Notes: generated by a model not told the origin, from the letters alone. DNA of 63,662 bases, filler included, from Reclinomonas americana ATCC 50394 (GCA_048213135.1; 7 parts of 6 records of this genome joined end to end with filler, not necessarily neighbours in it); one strand, 5' to 3'; positions 26,451 to 41,535 are shown, numbered from the whole stretch's first letter. Made by a program: numbers and translations.

Positions 26451-26572
26451 ATAAAGAGTCAGCGGCATCCTTGGCCTTCGAGAGCTTGGGCACAGTCTGA
26501 CTTCGATCCCCCCTCGTGATCACTTACAGGACAGCTGCGTGGTTTCGTCGACCTTTCTCCTCTTTCAAAGAA

Positions 26573-27584
26573 ATGAGCGAGGATGTTGCGCCCAGTCGCG
26601 TGTTGCCAAGACGCGAGTCTCGTGGCAAACGGTGCGGCTGACACAGGAAAAAGAAGCCAGTTGTGCACGCGACTCACGCTGTTTTTCGCGCCCTCTTGTG
26701 TGTGTGTGTGTGTTTGGTGTGAGACAGCATGAGCGCGCTCATCGGTGAACAACTGGAGTCCGACCAGTCGTTCTGGGAGCAGGATGCGTTTCAGGAGAAC
26801 CTTGTCGATGAGGAGTTTACTTACAAAGAAGGAGGTTTGCCTCTGCGTCATTGCAGTGATTGAGGCGATGCACTCATTTCTGTTGTTCAGAGTCGGAAGA
26901 CGAAGTCGACTCTGATTTTGACCTGCCTGAGGAGGAGGAGGTGGATGAGGGAGACCCTGACAAGGCTGTGCGCGAGAAAACCGTGAGTGGCTGTGGTGTG
27001 TGATGGGAGACTGCGCTGCTGGCTCAAATATGTGTGTGTTTGCAGGAGAAACGCTCCGTGNNNNNNNNNNNNNNNNNNNNNNNNNNNNNNNNNNNNNNNN
27101 NNNNNNNNNNNNNNNNNNNNNNNNNNNNNNNNNNNNNNNNNNNNNNNNNNNNNNNNNNNNNNTATCGCGACCCGGCACTCAAGAAGCAGCAGCAGCAGAC
27201 GAAAAAGAAGAAGGGCGGCAAGCGTGGAGCTGCAGCGCGCAGTTTGGGCGATTGTTGCGTTGGCATTCTTGTCATCATTGCAAATCGCCTCTGATTGTGT
27301 GTGCGTTGCAGTGGAAAGCGGTGTTGCAGCTGCTGCAGAGGGTGGCGAGGCGGCAGGCGCGGCCAAGGCCGTGAAGAAGCCGCGACGGAAGCGTGAGAAG
27401 AAGCGCATGGATGCATCGTCTCGTTTCGGTGCGCTTGCGCGTATGCGCGTCTCTCCGCATGTATCGTCGGCACTCACCGTTCTCGTCTGCAGCACTGATC
27501 AACTCGCCGCGTGCGACTCGCGACTCGACGCGGCAAAAGTCGCACGATGCGCGTGAACGGGCGACCATTGTCAAGGTCGACAAG
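26573..27584 (+). CDS. VPS72: VPS72/YL1/Swc2 (SWR1 complex), N-terminal part, truncated at contig end
   Basis: Spliced LPRRESRGKRMSALIGEQLESDQSFWEQDAFQE...EDEVDSDFDLPE...VYRDP. The protein is absent from the ORF track as a whole. Confidence 0.8.
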
Positions 27585-27699
27585 GTCTGCTCGTCACGCN
27601 NNNNNNNNNNNNNNNNNNNNNNNNNNNNNNNNNNNNNNNNNNNTTAATTAATTAANNNNNNNNNNNNNNNNNNNNNNNNNNNNNNNNNNNNNNNNNNNN

Positions 27700-28294
27700 G
27701 GCGAGTGATGTCGCGATCGCGCGACGGGAATCGACAGCTGCCAGTGCAATGTCTCCCGCGTCGCCAACCTCTCCCCCACTCGCTATCGCACGACGGAATC
27801 CACCGCGCCATTGCAGCACACCGGGCACGCAAGGCTCTGCGCCCATGTCGCCGCAATCCCCCGAGCCTGTCACCGGTGTGTGTGTGCGTGTTTACTATGG
27901 ACGGGGGCTAAGACGTGCTGCTGATTCGTGTGCACCGTGTGTTTTACCAGGCGCGTCGGCGGCGTCGCCATCAGAGTCTGTCAGTCGCGCACGACGGACA
28001 ACTCGTCCGACTCGTTTCGCCGACGGAACGGTGTTGTCGCCAGTGGCGGCACTGAAGCGTGCACAGCGCGAACAGGACACAGATCTGGTCGAGGGTGCAG
28101 GGCAGGCCAACGGCGACGATCATCGGATGGACGGTGACCTCAGTGATGACGAATTCGTCGAGGATGAGCCACCAGCAGTGCGTTCTCTGTACCTGTTATT
28201 TCGCGGCGTGCAGAGAAAACTGACATTGTGTGGACGCGAACGGCAGAAGCGGCGCAAGTCCAAGGCAACCATGGACGATGACTGGGCCCCGTAG
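27700..28294 (+). CDS. C-terminal fragment of a hypothetical Ser/Pro-rich protein
   Basis: An open frame with two GT-AG introns, ending KRRKSKATMDDDWAP*. Confidence 0.5.
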
Positions 28295-28362
28295 TGCACC
28301 ACGGATACACAATACAGTCGTATGTGTGTGTGTGCGCGTGTTGGAACTTCTTTTTTGCTTCA

Positions 28363-29667
<1,305 letters not shown>

Positions 29668-29725
29668 TCTTGTGTGTGTGACTTTGTGACTGTGTTGTAA
29701 ATTTCCTCAATCACTCTTTTTTCAC

Positions 29726-31180
29726 ATGTGGTCGAGAAACCGACTTGTCTCCATCATCGCCCTCCTCCTCGCGATCCTCACAATCGCCATCATGCACGCC
29801 AGTGCACAGGAGGAAGACGACGACAGTGAGTGGTGGCTGCATCGCGCCCAGTCGTTGCGCGAGGACGCAGTGTTTGTGCCCGACGCCAACAAGCGCGACA
29901 ACATTGACTCGTTGACACCGTGGCAGCAGTCGATGTTGCGTCGACATGTGCGCTGCTCGTTTGTGTGTGGGAGAGGACTCATTGTGTGTGTGTGGCAGCT
30001 TCTCGCGGCCGCTGGTGTATGCCACAGCCAAGTCGTCCAATCTCGTGGTGGCCTTCGATGCGTTGACCGGTGCACGTGTGGCCGAGCATGCACAGTTGCG
30101 TCTCTCTGTCCTTGATTGCCTCTCCTCGCGCGCCCCACTTACACGTACGTGGCAGGATGTGTGTGCCGTTCAAGCGGCCGAATGGCATTCTGCAGCTGAC
30201 GATCGGCGGCCTTCCGCTGCTGCTTGTTGTCGAGCGTGATGCGCATCGCGTGCAGGTTTGAGTGACACGTGTCCACGCGCGCTTCTTTGCTGCCGTTGTG
30301 ACGTGGTGTGAGTAGATTGCCCGACTGCCGAGCATGGAGTGCGTGGCGGTGTTTGGGGAAGACATTCTGCTCCGGCCGTACGGCTTGTCGGCGGAGACCA
30401 CGTACTATGGAGCGCGGGTGTTTGTGACCGATCAGGCCGTGCCGCCTGGTTACCCGAAGGAGCTGATCGTGGCGCGTCGAGTGTGCGTGTTCGAGGTACG
30501 CGCGCCGCTGTACGGCGGTGGGCGCGTGGAGCCTGTCTTTGTGCAGACTTTTGGACCCAACGAAGGTCACTTACCACCGTCACTCACCTTCTTTTTTCCC
30601 TTCTCGTTCATCGCTCACACTGCGACAACACAGATCCGGGCATGCTGAAAAAGGTCGAAAGCATCCTCGTCGACCAGAAACTGGGACAGGTGTTGATCGC
30701 CGACGAGCACGACCACTGCTACAAGTACTTTACGCTGCGCGGCCAGTTCACCGGCCTGCAGACTCCGCGGCTGCCGAGTGAACCCGAGGGCGTAGTCATG
30801 CTGCCAGGCGCCTACTTGCTGACGCTGCAGAACGAGGACACGCGTAGCAATCTGTTTGTGGCTCTCCGGCGACGAGCGGGCGCCGGAGCACCCTCGCTGG
30901 CCGAGTGGAATCGGGATTTGCTGTTTGCGTTCTCGGGCCAGCAGACGCGCCGCACCGATGGCACCAGTTGCGCCCCTTTCCTCTTCGAAAGTACTATCTG
31001 CGCATGCCACGCATCTCACTCGTACGAGCGCACACAGCCACGGCGGAGTATTCTTTCGTCGACGTCGCCAATCATGAAAAATTTTGGTGGGACACAATCG
31101 CTCGCACTTGTCGCATTCACCGCCGGCCCACCACCTACTTCTTCGCCGCGCAAGACGACAAGGCCGTTTCGCGATTTGTA
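29726..31180 (+). CDS. Secreted beta-propeller phytase-like protein (bacterial type), 3' truncated
   Basis: Signal peptide IIALLLAILTIAIMHASA, followed by motifs DNIDSLTPW, FKRPNGI, VVERDAHRVQ, RPYGL, VESILVD...LIADE, EPEGV, FSGQQTRRTDG and FAAQDDKAV. Confidence 0.65.
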
Positions 31181-31280
31181 NNNNNNNNNNNNNNNNNNNN
31201 NNNNNNNNNNNNNNNNNNNNNNNNTTAATTAATTAANNNNNNNNNNNNNNNNNNNNNNNNNNNNNNNNNNNNNNNNNNNN

Positions 31281-34200
31281 TGGTGGCGGCGGAGAGGACA
31301 CTGGCGCGCTGGATGAGGGCGACGATGGTGCGCCGTTTTTGGTGGCATGTCGTGTGATCAGCGTCGAAGTGATGACTGATGTGTGCGTCGCGAACAGATG
31401 AGGAAGAGCAGGGCTCTGGGGAGCTGGCAGGCGCCGCATACATTGCCGTCAGCGGCGTGCTGGTGCGGCAGAGTGGAGCGGCGCAGTCGGCAGGAGCACT
31501 CGGTTCGTCGGCCGTGGTGGCGTCGGGCAGCGGAGCTGTCGGTGCCTCGCGGCTGCGCATGTCGGGAGCGGCGGGTTCGGGAGTCGGCGCCGCCGGCAAC
31601 AGTGTGGCGGGAGTGAATGCGTCGGCGGATATGGGAGCCATGTCGATGCACAGTGCGCCGGGAGGCACCAGTGGCGTCAGCAGCAGCGACGAGACCACCG
31701 AGGTCTACATTTTCCGTGTGACCAAGTCATCGGTGCGCCGTCGTCGCACCATTCCCAGCGGCGACACGTGCAACGCCAAGTTTGTGGCTTTCGGCACGCG
31801 CACACATCGGCATCTCATCACCATTGGGTCGGACGCCGGGCAGACCATGTCACACATCAACACGGAGACGGGCAAGGTCTGTTTTCTACCTCTCCTTGTG
31901 TGTGTGTGTCTACTTGGATACTTAACGATTTGCGGCAGGTTGAGGGCAGCATACAAGTGGGTGGCGAGGGCTTTGTCACCAAGGCCACCATGAATCCGCG
32001 ATCCTTTGATCAAGTAGTCACCACGGGACCCAAGGCTCTCCGACTGTGGAAGTACACGGAGAAGGTGCTGAAGCCGATTCAACCCGACTGGGAGCGCTAC
32101 TCTTCGCAGTTGATCACCGACCACGCGTGGGTGTCGACCGAGCGCTTCCTTGTGTCGACCAACGACGCAAGTGTGTTCATCTTTGACGGCGGCAAGGTCT
32201 GTGTTCGATGTGTGGCCGTCGTGGAATTAGAGAGAACCTCATTCGTGTTGTTCTGTTCTATTCGCAGCTCGTGAGCTTCATCCCGAACGTGTTTCCCGAC
32301 GCCACACCCATCACCAAGCTGTGTCTCTACTCCAAGGGCTTCTTGGCTGGTGGCGAGAATGGCTATGTGGGGGTGCGTCGCCCGCGTGCATTTTTTCTTT
32401 GTAGAAGCATCACCCGGTGGCTGACAATGGGTGCGTGCTGCTGGTGGACAGGTGTTTGAAAAGAGCCGTGATCGCACTCGGCCGTACATTAGCATGAGAT
32501 CGGTGTACTGCATGGAGCGCGAGTCGGTTACCGACATGGCGGTGTCGCCCTCGGAGGAGTCGCTGGCACTCTTCTTGGCCAACAAGACGATTGCCTCGTT
32601 CCCCCTCACGAGTTGCGTGACTTGCGCGAAGGGATAGTGAGGTCATCGTGCGGACTGACGGCACCCATGCTCTCTTTCTGCCTCACCGCAGATGTCAGCA
32701 TCATGCAAGACAATGAGCCAATTTCGTGCACGGCGCTGGCGCAGTCGCACAATTCCCGCATCTACGACGTGGCCACATGTGTACAGAGGCCACTGGTTGC
32801 CACGTGCTCAGAGGTGAAGCTGCTCGATGCTGTGCTCTGGCACTCTGTGTGGTGCACTCACGGCATTTCTCTGTTTGTGGCGTGCAGGATGAGTGCGTTC
32901 GCTTGTGGGACTTGTCGGAACGCCAGTGCTCAGTGAGCAAGCGCATGACGGAGGAGCCGCTGTCCATATCCCTCCATCCTAGTGGATTGTTCTTGGTGCT
33001 CGGCTCGAATCACTTTGTGGGCATGTATTTTGTGATGATGAACGACCTGCAGCTGGTGGGCTCGATGGACCTGCGTAATGTCCGCGTGGTGCGTCCGTCC
33101 TCTGTTGCTGCTGTGTGAAGGAGACTCTTTTGAGGTCTGACCTGTCGATGCTGCGTGTGTGTAGGTTCGCTTCAGCAACGGTGGACACTTGTTTGCCGTG
33201 TGCAGTGGGAGCACCATTCACATTGTGGACACGTACGCACTGGAGCAACGGGCGAGCTTCCGTGGCCATGTCGGACCTGTGCGCTCTGTGGCGTGGTCGG
33301 CCGACGACTTGCGCATTGTCTCGTGTGGCTATGACGGCGCAGTGTTTGAGTGGGAGATCATTTCTGGAACGCGCGTGGCCGACAGCGAGGCGGTCGACAA
33401 GGATTTCCAGTACTCGAGCGCGGTGTACGGCATGCGGGGACAGATTTACGTGTGTGGTTCCAGTCGTGGCCGCAGCGTGCTGCGCGAAATCGTCAGTGGT
33501 CAAGTCGTCAGCGAGCTCAGCGTGTACGGCTACTCGTTCACTCGGGTGCGTGCACTTGCTGCGTGTGGTCGACACTCTGTCTATCCTTTTTCCTCAATGC
33601 CCGCCACTGCAGGTCGTGTTGTCGCGATCACGCACGACTCTCTTTGTTGGCACCGACACGGGTCGCATCATGGCGTACCAACTAGATGCCACCACCGGCC
33701 GCCTGAACAGCTCGGATACAACACCGTTGGTCAGCCTGCCGGCCCATGTTGGTCAGTGCTGTTGATGATGTGCAGCGCCTCCACTCTTGAGTGCACTAAA
33801 CACATGCCCGTTCAGGCTCGGTGCGGTGCATGGCGGCTTCGGTCAGCGAGGGTCTCATCATCTCGGGCGGCGACGAAGGCATGGTGCAGATGTGGGCCTC
33901 GGAGCGCAGGTTGCCTGACACGACACAGGTTTGCGTCCTGCACGTTGTCTGTGGATTTTCTGGCGTGCACTCATTCCTTTTCCGCACTCAGATGTCGCGC
34001 ATCATGGGAGTTGGACTGATTTCTCGCGCCGAATTGGAGGAGCGCGAGGCCACTATCGAAGATCTGTCGGCCAAACTCGCCGAAGTCCGCGCTCAGTCAG
34101 GTACTTGCACGGTGTGCTCTGTGGTGGCGACTGTTGTTGTCATTTCGCTGATGTCGTCGGTGGTGAACAGACTTTGAGATTGCGGTCGAGCGGAAGCGGT

Positions 34201-37200
34201 TCGCAGAGCAGACGAAAGACAGCGTGGACCACGCACAAGAGGCCGAGCTGGAAGCCAAGAGAAGATATGCATTTTGTCGTGTACCAGCGCGTGTGCGTGT
34301 GTGATTGCTTACCTTTTCTTTCGCGTGCGCACGATTGAGAAACTGGAGGAGGAGAAATTGGAGTTGCAGCTGAAACTCGAGGAGCGCATTCGGCGGCTGA
34401 AGAGAGACCACACTGATGCGGCGCAGGTACGATCCCACCATCTCTTGTCGTTGCTGCTACACTGAGCCTCTTTGCTGAATCGCATGTCCGTCTTCAGAAC
34501 CTGCAACGACTGTACGATCAAAAGCTGCAGATCCAGCAACTGCATCTGAAGAAGCTGACGCAAGAAAAGGACTTTTTGGAGGTGGAGAAAGACACATTCA
34601 TCGAGGACATCCAGGGCCTGCACAAGAAGGAGATTGATCAAGTGCAGAACACGCACCTCGACGAGATGGATGTGCGTTGACACACTCTACATTCTGTGCC
34701 ACATTGTCGCTGACTCGGTGCTGTCACACACACAGGAACTCAACATGAACATTGAGCACCTGCGGAAAGAGCTGCAAACGGAGACGGCCACCTACGACGC
34801 CAGCATTGCCATGATTGAGGAGGAGCATCGGGAATTGCTGGAGAACATTCGCATGCAGCACCAGATGGAATTGGAGAAGCAGAAGATGGCCGATGTGCAG
34901 AAGCGTGGCGAACTGGTGTTCTTGCGCAACAAGGTTTCGTCGTGCAAGCAGGAAATTGTCAGCCTCAAGAAGATCATTGCGCAACGCGACGAGGAGAAGG
35001 CTGCGTTGTTGCGCCAGACGAACGAACGCGAGGGTCGCATGGTGCGTGTCTTTATTTCTGTTGTTGTCGTCTCTGCTCGGCAAAGTGAGGAGGTTTCACT
35101 CACGCCCTGTGAATTGTGCAGAGTGTCATTACGCGCGAGATGAAGCAAAAGGACGACAGCATTGTGGCGAAAGAGGCGCAAATCAACCAACTCAAGCGCC
35201 GCAACCAGGAGCTGGAGAAGTTCCGCGTGGTGTTCGGCTTCAAGTTGCAGAAACTCTCCAAAGATCTCGGTGTGTCGCTCTCGTCCCAGATCGCTCTCTG
35301 TGTCTCTCTCCTGCGTGTANNNNNNNNNNNNNNNNNNNNNNNNNNNNNNNNNNNNNNNNNNNNNNNNNNNNNNNNNNNNNNNNNNNNNNNNNNNNNNNNN
35401 NNNNNNNNNNNNNNNNNNNNNNNNNNNNNNNNNNNNNNNNNNNNNNNNNNNNNNNNNNNNNNNNNNNNNNNNNNNNNNNNNNNNNNNNNNNNNNNNNNNN
35501 NNNNNNNNNNNNNNNNNNNNNNNNNNNNNNNNNNNNNNNNNNNNNNNNNNNNNNNNNNNNNNNNNNNNNNNNNNNNNNNNNNNNNNNNNNNNNNNNNNNN
35601 NNNNNNNNNNNNNNNNNNNNNNNNNNNNNNNNNNNNNNNNNNNNNNNNNNNNNNNNNNNNNNNNNNNNNNNNNNNNNNNNNNNNNNNNNNNNNNNNNNNN
35701 NNNNNNNNNNNNNNNNNNNNNNNNNNNNNNNNNNNNNNNNNNNNNNNNNNNNNNNNNNNNNNNNNNNNNNNNNNNNNNNNNNNNNNNNNNNNNNNNNNNN
35801 NNNNNNNNNNNNNNNNNNNNNNNNNNNNNNNNNNNNNNNNNNNNNNNNNNNNNNNNNNNNNNNNNNNNNNNNNNNNNNNNNNNNNNNNNNNNNNNNNNNN
35901 NNNNNNNNNNNNNNNNNNNNNNNNNNNNNNNNNNNNNNNNNNNNNNNNNNNNNNNNNNNNNNNNNNNNNNNNNNNNNNNNNNNNNNNNNNNNNNNNNNNN
36001 NNNNNNNNNNNNNNNNNNNNNNNNNNNNNNNNNNNNNNNNNNNNNNNNNNNNNNNNNNNNNNNNNNNNNNNNNNNNNNNNNNNNNNNNNNNNNNNNNNNN
36101 NNNNNNNNNNNNNNNNNNNNNNNNNNNNNNNNNNNNNNNNNNNNNNNNNNNNNNNNNNNNNNNNNNNNNNNNNNNNNNNNNNNNNNNNNNNNNNNNNNNG
36201 ACTTGTGTCGGTTGTTGCCCGTCGGCATGGTCATGCGCGTCTAACAGCGTTGTCTTGGATGTCACTGCGTAGGTACAAGCGATACGTCCTCGGCGAGGAG
36301 TCGTACGTCAAGCGCCCGAATGATGACCTGAAAGTGCAAGGTGTGTGTGTGTGTGTGTGTGTGCGCGGAAGCAGAGGCATCGAAAGTACGAGTAAGCTGA
36401 CTTTGTTCCTCCCCGCAGAATTCCAACGGCAGAAGGAATACCTAGAACGCAACAACGAGTACCTGCGCAAGCGCAAGGAAGAGTTGGAGCGCAAGGGCAT
36501 TCTGGAGCAGCGGAGAAAACTGAGCGAGAACAAGGACACGATGAAGTTGCGTCGCCACGCATGTGGATTACTGCTGCATTGCTGTCTTCTCACACAAACA
36601 CATGCTGCAGCGAGCTCAATGGTCTCCGCCGAGAGAATCACGTCCTTCGCGGGCGCATCCAGAAGCTGGAGACGCGCATCATGGAGCTCTCGGGCCAGGC
36701 AGCCTCCGGCAGCGTCTCCATGTCGCAGTCGCCGTCTCACAAGTCGGAACGCGGAGAGACACCAGCACTGCAGCGTGCACAGAGGTGCGTCTCACCCGTC
36801 TGATTCGCTATCTGATATCTTTCTCGCTCAATGCCTGTCTCCTCTTTCAATCAGCGTGGAGCCGCGTATGCCAGAAGCACGAGTCATGAGGTGTGGACGC
36901 CCCACGAGCGAGACGTAATCTCTTTCATGGTGCTGACTTTTACTTGCTGCAGTGCGGATTCGTATGCCTCGACCTTTGCTTCTTCGCGGCCCTTCAGTCG
37001 CGTCACGCACATCATGTCAGTCGAACCGACAGCGTCGCAATCGGGTCGCTTGTCGAGTTGCGTTTTCTGCGTCGCATTGCCTGGCATTTCTGTATCGTTG
37101 GCCTGACGAGTTCCATCCAATCACAGCGCCTCTAGAGGCGCACCATCGAACGGCTGGCACATCAAAGTTTGCGCAACGATTGCACTCGGCGGCCTCGAGG

Positions 37201-37595
37201 TTTGTTTTGCTCTGCTCTGTTGTGGGACCACGAAGTGCGTGTGGACTGATGTATATTCGTGCCCTCACAGTCGGAGACCGACGCCCATGGTGTCACCAGA
37301 CCGCTTCCACGAACTGATGGTGCAAGTCGACGAGAACAATCGTATCATCGACTTGCAGAGGGCCGAGATTCAACGGCTACGCGATCAGCTCATGTCGTTG
37401 TTGGCCGTCGCCCAAGAGGATGAGCAGCTGGCGGAGCTCATGGAGCAGTCGGCGGGCGACCACGATGCAAGTGTGGCTGGCATCGCCGCCACTGCCGCTG
37501 CCGCCGGTGGCCCTAGTTCATCAGCCACCACCACCACCACGACAACAGCCGCGGCGTCGGGGCACAGTTCTGCCGCCGGCTCCCGTGCATGGTAA
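31281..37595 (+). CDS. CFAP57: CFAP57/WDR65-like WD40 plus coiled-coil ciliary protein (5' truncated, gap at 35320-36199)
   Basis: Motifs RPLVATCSE...VRLWD, PLSISLHPSG, VRFSNGGHLFA, GHVGPVRSVAWSADD and SCGYDGAVFEW. The coiled coil includes LKRRNQELEKFRVVFGFKLQKL and EFQRQKEYLER. Confidence 0.8.
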
Positions 37596-37719
37596 TGACA
37601 CAAAAATATGGTTTATGATGTTTGAACGCTATTTCGCCTCCTAATGAAATACACAGACGCTTACGCACACACAAACACACACTCAAAACACATTATAGGA
37701 TTACACGCGTCACAAATGA

Positions 37720-40700
37720 TTAACACTCTCCCTCCTCCTCCTCCTCCTCCTCCTCATCGTCATCGTCCACCACATCCTCCTCATCCTCGTCGTCCTCCAA
37801 GTCACCACCGGAGCGCCCTCGCGGCAAGGAGATAATAGGAGTGGCCGGCACCCTGCCGGTAAGCACCGGATCCAGCGGATCATCGCCGACCTCGGAGAGG
37901 AAGTTGACCGCCGCCAGCATATTGAGCTGCTCCATGTACTCGTCCATGTTCAACATGAAGTGCGGAATGATGACCGAGTCCATGCGAGCAAGATCACGAA
38001 CCAACGGCAAGTCCAGCATGTGGACCTACGCGCGCGCGCGGAGTCAATATCCTTGCGTGGGAGAGCGAGACAGGGGTGGTGCGACGTACCTTGCCCGAGT
38101 ACAACAAGTTGAAATCAATGTAGAAGCGGTGCCGAAGAATCTCAAAGGCACCGCACAAGTACACCTGGTCCTTGCAGAAGCTGCCGGGCACCGACGTGTC
38201 GGTGAGGCCGCGCTTAACTCGCAAGCACTCGTCCCAGCGCCGCCGGTGGTCAGACACGAAACGGGCCAGGTGGTTGTAGAGCTGCCGGAATGTCAGGGTG
38301 GTGGCCTGCATGCACATCGAGGGCGAAGGGTCATGAGGACGCGAGTGCACTCGTCACGAGTGGGGACATGTACCATCACACTGGAATAGTACTGCAACGC
38401 CGGCTTCCACAGGTATTTGCCACGACTGTGGATGTACGTGTTCAGCGTGGCGAGACCCTCCTCCGTCTCCAAAATGCGCGTGCGCAAGCCGAAAGTTTTC
38501 CTCCGCTTGTGCCACACTTGCTTCTCGTCATTTAGCCGGCGCACAAAATGTGTACCTACGCATACACATCAGCTGACACGATCGGTGAACAGAGCAGACA
38601 GCAGCACGAACCGAGTTCGTGGTGCGCGGTGCAAATAATGCCGATCTCGCGATACTGGGTGGGCACACTGTTGACGGGTGATGAGTGACACGCACACGGG
38701 AAGGTACGTAGTGAGGCGCACGAGGCACTCACCGAATCACCAGACAGCCGTCCTTGAAACTGGTTGGAGCTGCCGAGTCACGAACCAACTTGATCGGGCA
38801 GTCAATGTTCTGCTCCCGCAAGTACTGCTTGAAAATCTCCACGCTCTCCTCCGTGGTCAGCAGATTTCCGTGACTGCAAATGTGACGAGTAAGCTGTTAC
38901 GAGTACAGTAGAGCACAACTCTTCTCTCTCTCTCTCTCTCTCTCGTGTATGTACCTCTCCTCAAAATACACCAACTCCGACCCGTAGGCATGAATGACAC
39001 TGTCGAGGATCTTGCGCGCCTGTGCCAAGTACTTGACAGAGGGCACCGAGTAGGATGTCGATAACTTGGCCGCTCGATCGGGATCCGAGTAACGGAACTG
39101 CGGCTCGTACGTAAAGGTTGGGTCCTGGAAGAAGAGACGCCGCTCGGTCTCTTCGTTGACGGGAAACACGGAGGCCAGCGCCGCATGACCATTGTTCTTC
39201 TTCTTCTTCTTTTTCTTCTTTTTCTGTTTCTTCTTCTTCAGCCGCGCCACATCATCGTCGCCGCCACCGACACCTGCGACGCTTGCGTCAGTGCTCAATC
39301 TCTGCAACGCGCTGGAGTTTCCCGCACAAACCATCGCCAGAAGCCTCGCCGCGATGCACAATGGTGACGTGCGGTGCGCCGGCCGCTGCCGACAACTGAG
39401 GCTCACTGTAGTACGAGTGCAGGGGTGGGGGTAGCTGCTGCTGCTGCAGCTGTTGTTGTTGTTGTTGTTGTGGCTGCAGCGGTGGCAGCACCAGAGACGA
39501 CGTGGGAGTGGATGCGTCCTGCGGATCATTCCTCAACCGCGGCACCGAGCGCGAGCGATGAATGCTGCGTGGCGCAACACCAGATCCCACTGCCGAGGTG
39601 GTAGTCGCACTGGCGGCTCCCGTCAGATCCGTGCGGAAGCGATGGCCTGCCGACGGTGGTCGCAACAGTATGCGCTGCGTGCACGAAAAACAGTCGGGCG
39701 TGAGAGCACTTTTCGTGGCACAGCAACAACACCACACAGGCAGTGACACAACTCCACGACTTGACAACTGTTGTTGCTGCTGCTCCCACATGGCGGTGGC
39801 ATACGGCACCTCCGTGATCAGGACAGCGCTACCAGAGGCCGCCGACGCTGAGCGCGGCTGCACACCACCCACTGGCGGCCGTCTGAACAGCGATGACTGA
39901 GTGACCTGCGGTTGCTGTTGTGGTGGCGGGGGCGGAGGTGGGGGCGGAGGTTGCAGATACTGTTGTTGTAGTTGCTGCTGTTGTTGCTGCTGAGGGGGCG
40001 CCGGCTGCCAGCGAGACGACGGGAACGACATTTGTGCATCCTGCTGGTGCGCGTATCGCATGGCTTGCGGATGCTGGTGCACGACATACTGCGTCGGCTG
40101 CGGCTGGTAGTGGTGGTGATGCAGAGCGTAGTGATGCCGTGGTGGCTCCCACGGCAAGCCCTCGTCGCCCACCTCGGCCCCACCGTAATCGTACCCAAAC
40201 TCATCCCCAATGTCCATACTCGGCTCATCGACCGTGAAATACCCGTCGCCATCATCCTCCCCATCAACCTCCTCCTCGTCCTCCTCCTCGTCGTCGTTGC
40301 CTGCAGCACCGACGCCCTGCACTGGCGCCATTGCAGCCAGATCAGCAGCATCCTCCTCCACGTACTCCTCATACGTGTCCTCCATCAGCGACGACAGTTG
40401 CGGCTCAGAGGCCACACGCCGCGGCACACGCGACGAGCGACCCGTCGAGTTCGATCGCGACTGCCACCAACCCGTTCAGCAACGCACATGACACACACAC
40501 ATCTACAACTTACAATGCACTCACCGCGCCATTGGCTGCACTCGCGCCCGCTGTTGCTGCTGCTGCTGCTGCTGCTGTTCCTGCGCCTCCTCCCTGTCCA
40601 CTCGCATCAGCAGCACCACTCGACTTGCCAGTCTTCCGCTGCTTCTTCTTCTTCTTGCTGCTGTTGCTGTGCCCGTTGCCGGTCACCGCACCTCCACTGC

Positions 40701-41058
40701 TATTGCTCGCACTCGGCCCACTGCTCTTGCCGTTGCTGCCAGTGAATGCACTCGTGCTCTCCGACGACGACGACTTGCGACGCACAGCACGCTGTTGCTG
40801 TTGCTGCGATGGAGGCGGCTGTTGTTGTGATGGTACTGGTGGTGGTGGCTGCGGTGGTGGTGGTGGCGTGCGACTGGCCGCAGCCACTTGCTGCGCAGAG
40901 GCCGAGGCCGCACGTCGTGCACTGCTGGCCGCCCCACCAGTCGCCACTGGGGTGATTCGCACGGCGGTGACAGGTGTGGGAATGCTGGTCGCAGTGGAAG
41001 TGGTGGTGGTGGATCGTGCACGCGGTGCTGGTGCGCGTGGAAGCCGCGTGGCTTCCAT
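37720..41058 (-). CDS. MATCAP/KIAA0895-like microtubule tyrosine carboxypeptidase with a long disordered N-terminus
   Basis: Motifs YEPQFRY, HHELGTHFVRRLND (HExxxH), TEEGLATL, RWDECLRVKRGLTDTS, KDQVYL and LYSGKV. Confidence 0.85.
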
Positions 41059-41535
41059 TCGCGGCGATTGAGACACGAGCGCGCGCGTGTGGAGGAGTCG
41101 AAAAACTGATCGTGATTTGTGTCCCGTCGTTCGCCTCCTCGAACTCTGCGCGCGTTTCAACGGCCAGGCAACGGTGGCGGGATCCACAAGCGTGCAACCG
41201 ATCTGTAGAGCTGGCTGGTGCTGCAGCTTGCAGGAGTTGGGCACGTGTGTCTAGATCTGGCACTCGACGTTTGGCTGTATCTCCGGAAGTGTGATTGTTG
41301 CGGATGCAGATGCTTTGGTGGTGCGTCATAGACATCCCTCGCAACTCTCTGCAACGCGCTGCGGTTCTGCGTTGCATTTCTTCTTGCTGTCCTTTGTTCG
41401 TCGACGTTCGACATCACGACTCTCCACACGCGAGTNNNNNNNNNNNNNNNNNNNNNNNNNNNNNNNNNNNNNNNNNNNNTTAATTAATTAANNNNNNNNN
41501 NNNNNNNNNNNNNNNNNNNNNNNNNNNNNNNNNNN

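Noticed and set aside
34792..36918. Very long ORFs spanning 35320-36199 (also 42919-43461)
   Set aside because: They run through N gaps and are not real reading frames.
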